Source: Paragordius varius
Lineage: Eukaryota; Animalia; Nematomorpha
DNA length: 64,000 nucleotides
NCBI GenBank assembly: GCA_964247055.1
Contig: OZ176054.1
Span: forward strand, 1,550,001-1,614,000
Direction: 5' to 3'
The notes beneath the pieces are model-generated. The model saw only the letters and a list, made by a program, of their open reading frames with translations. It was not told the origin of the DNA and did not search any database. Each line of letters begins with the position of its first letter. Within the stretch, counting starts at the first letter, position 1. This document shows, piece after piece, positions 63,562 through 64,000 of this stretch. A program made the position numbers and the translations under genes.

Positions 63562-64000
63562 AAAATGGAAAGTGGTGGCTTTGTTATCTTTCCGAAACCG
63601 GTAGACCCATTTAAATCCAAATGTCGAAAAAATATGACATTAATAAATGCCCCGACATATGCTTTGCGTTTTTTTGAATTAGCCCCCAGTTTGGGCCCAC
63701 CCCGTGTAAAAACGGTTTTTTGAAAACAAAAGTCTACAAAAATAGTGTCTTTGAGACAATTTTCCGGAAAACATGTTGGACCATTCGATTTCAAATATAA
63801 TTTTTTTTCATTTTTGCGATTGGGCCGAACATGGTCAGCTCGACCTTTAATTTTAGGCCCTCTTTTCACCCGCTCCACCCGTATAATGCCACTTTTTCAA
63901 GTCCACAAAAAAAATTTTTTAACCTATTTTTCGCCTAAGTTATGAGACCGTAAAAATTCAATGTTCCAGGTATTCCCTGTTAAATGTCAAAAATTTAAGT
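63562..64000 (+). repeat. Interspersed repeat family, copy 3 of 3 (runs off the window)
   Basis: aaaatggaaagtggtggctttg...aaatccaaatgtcgaaaaaatatg...gggcccaccccgtgtaaaaacgg is shared with copies 1 and 2. Confidence 0.75.

Noticed and set aside
758-63945. Most remaining 60-110 aa ORF-track entries
   Set aside because: They are I/F/L/K/N-rich products of AT-rich intronic or TE sequence, often starting at TTG or GTG, with no recognisable motif.

Overview
Very AT-rich, intron-containing animal (invertebrate) nuclear DNA, not prokaryotic; no CRISPR, rRNA or bona fide tRNA seen. The species cannot be named from sequence alone. Four protein genes were reconstructed by hand: MYG1 (+, 7 exons, 10952-16727), a NPY/PrRP/sNPF-type neuropeptide GPCR (+, 26947-28321 with a probable distal last exon at 32289-32635), an ADAMTS2/3/14-like metalloprotease (-, 15 exons traced, 42687 to 35626, both ends open) and a STE20/PAK-like kinase (-, 12 exons traced, 62073 to 57403, 5' end outside the traced part). 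The rest is mostly decayed mobile DNA: RTE-type LINEs, Gypsy, mariner, Chapaev3, several hAT elements, TTAA and TA MITEs, a foldback element and a tRNA-headed SINE. The most unusual signal is the splicing system. MYG1 needs removal of two GT-AG micro-introns of only 21 and 24 nt, both 3n with an in-frame TAA, while the next shortest intron traced is 56 nt. Only 6 of 33 traced donors carry the usual +5 G. Other notable points are a probable second MYG1 copy ending at the window start, an inverted two-headed hAT structure, and possible antisense interleaving of the GPCR and ADAMTS genes. All gene models are manual and lack transcript support.
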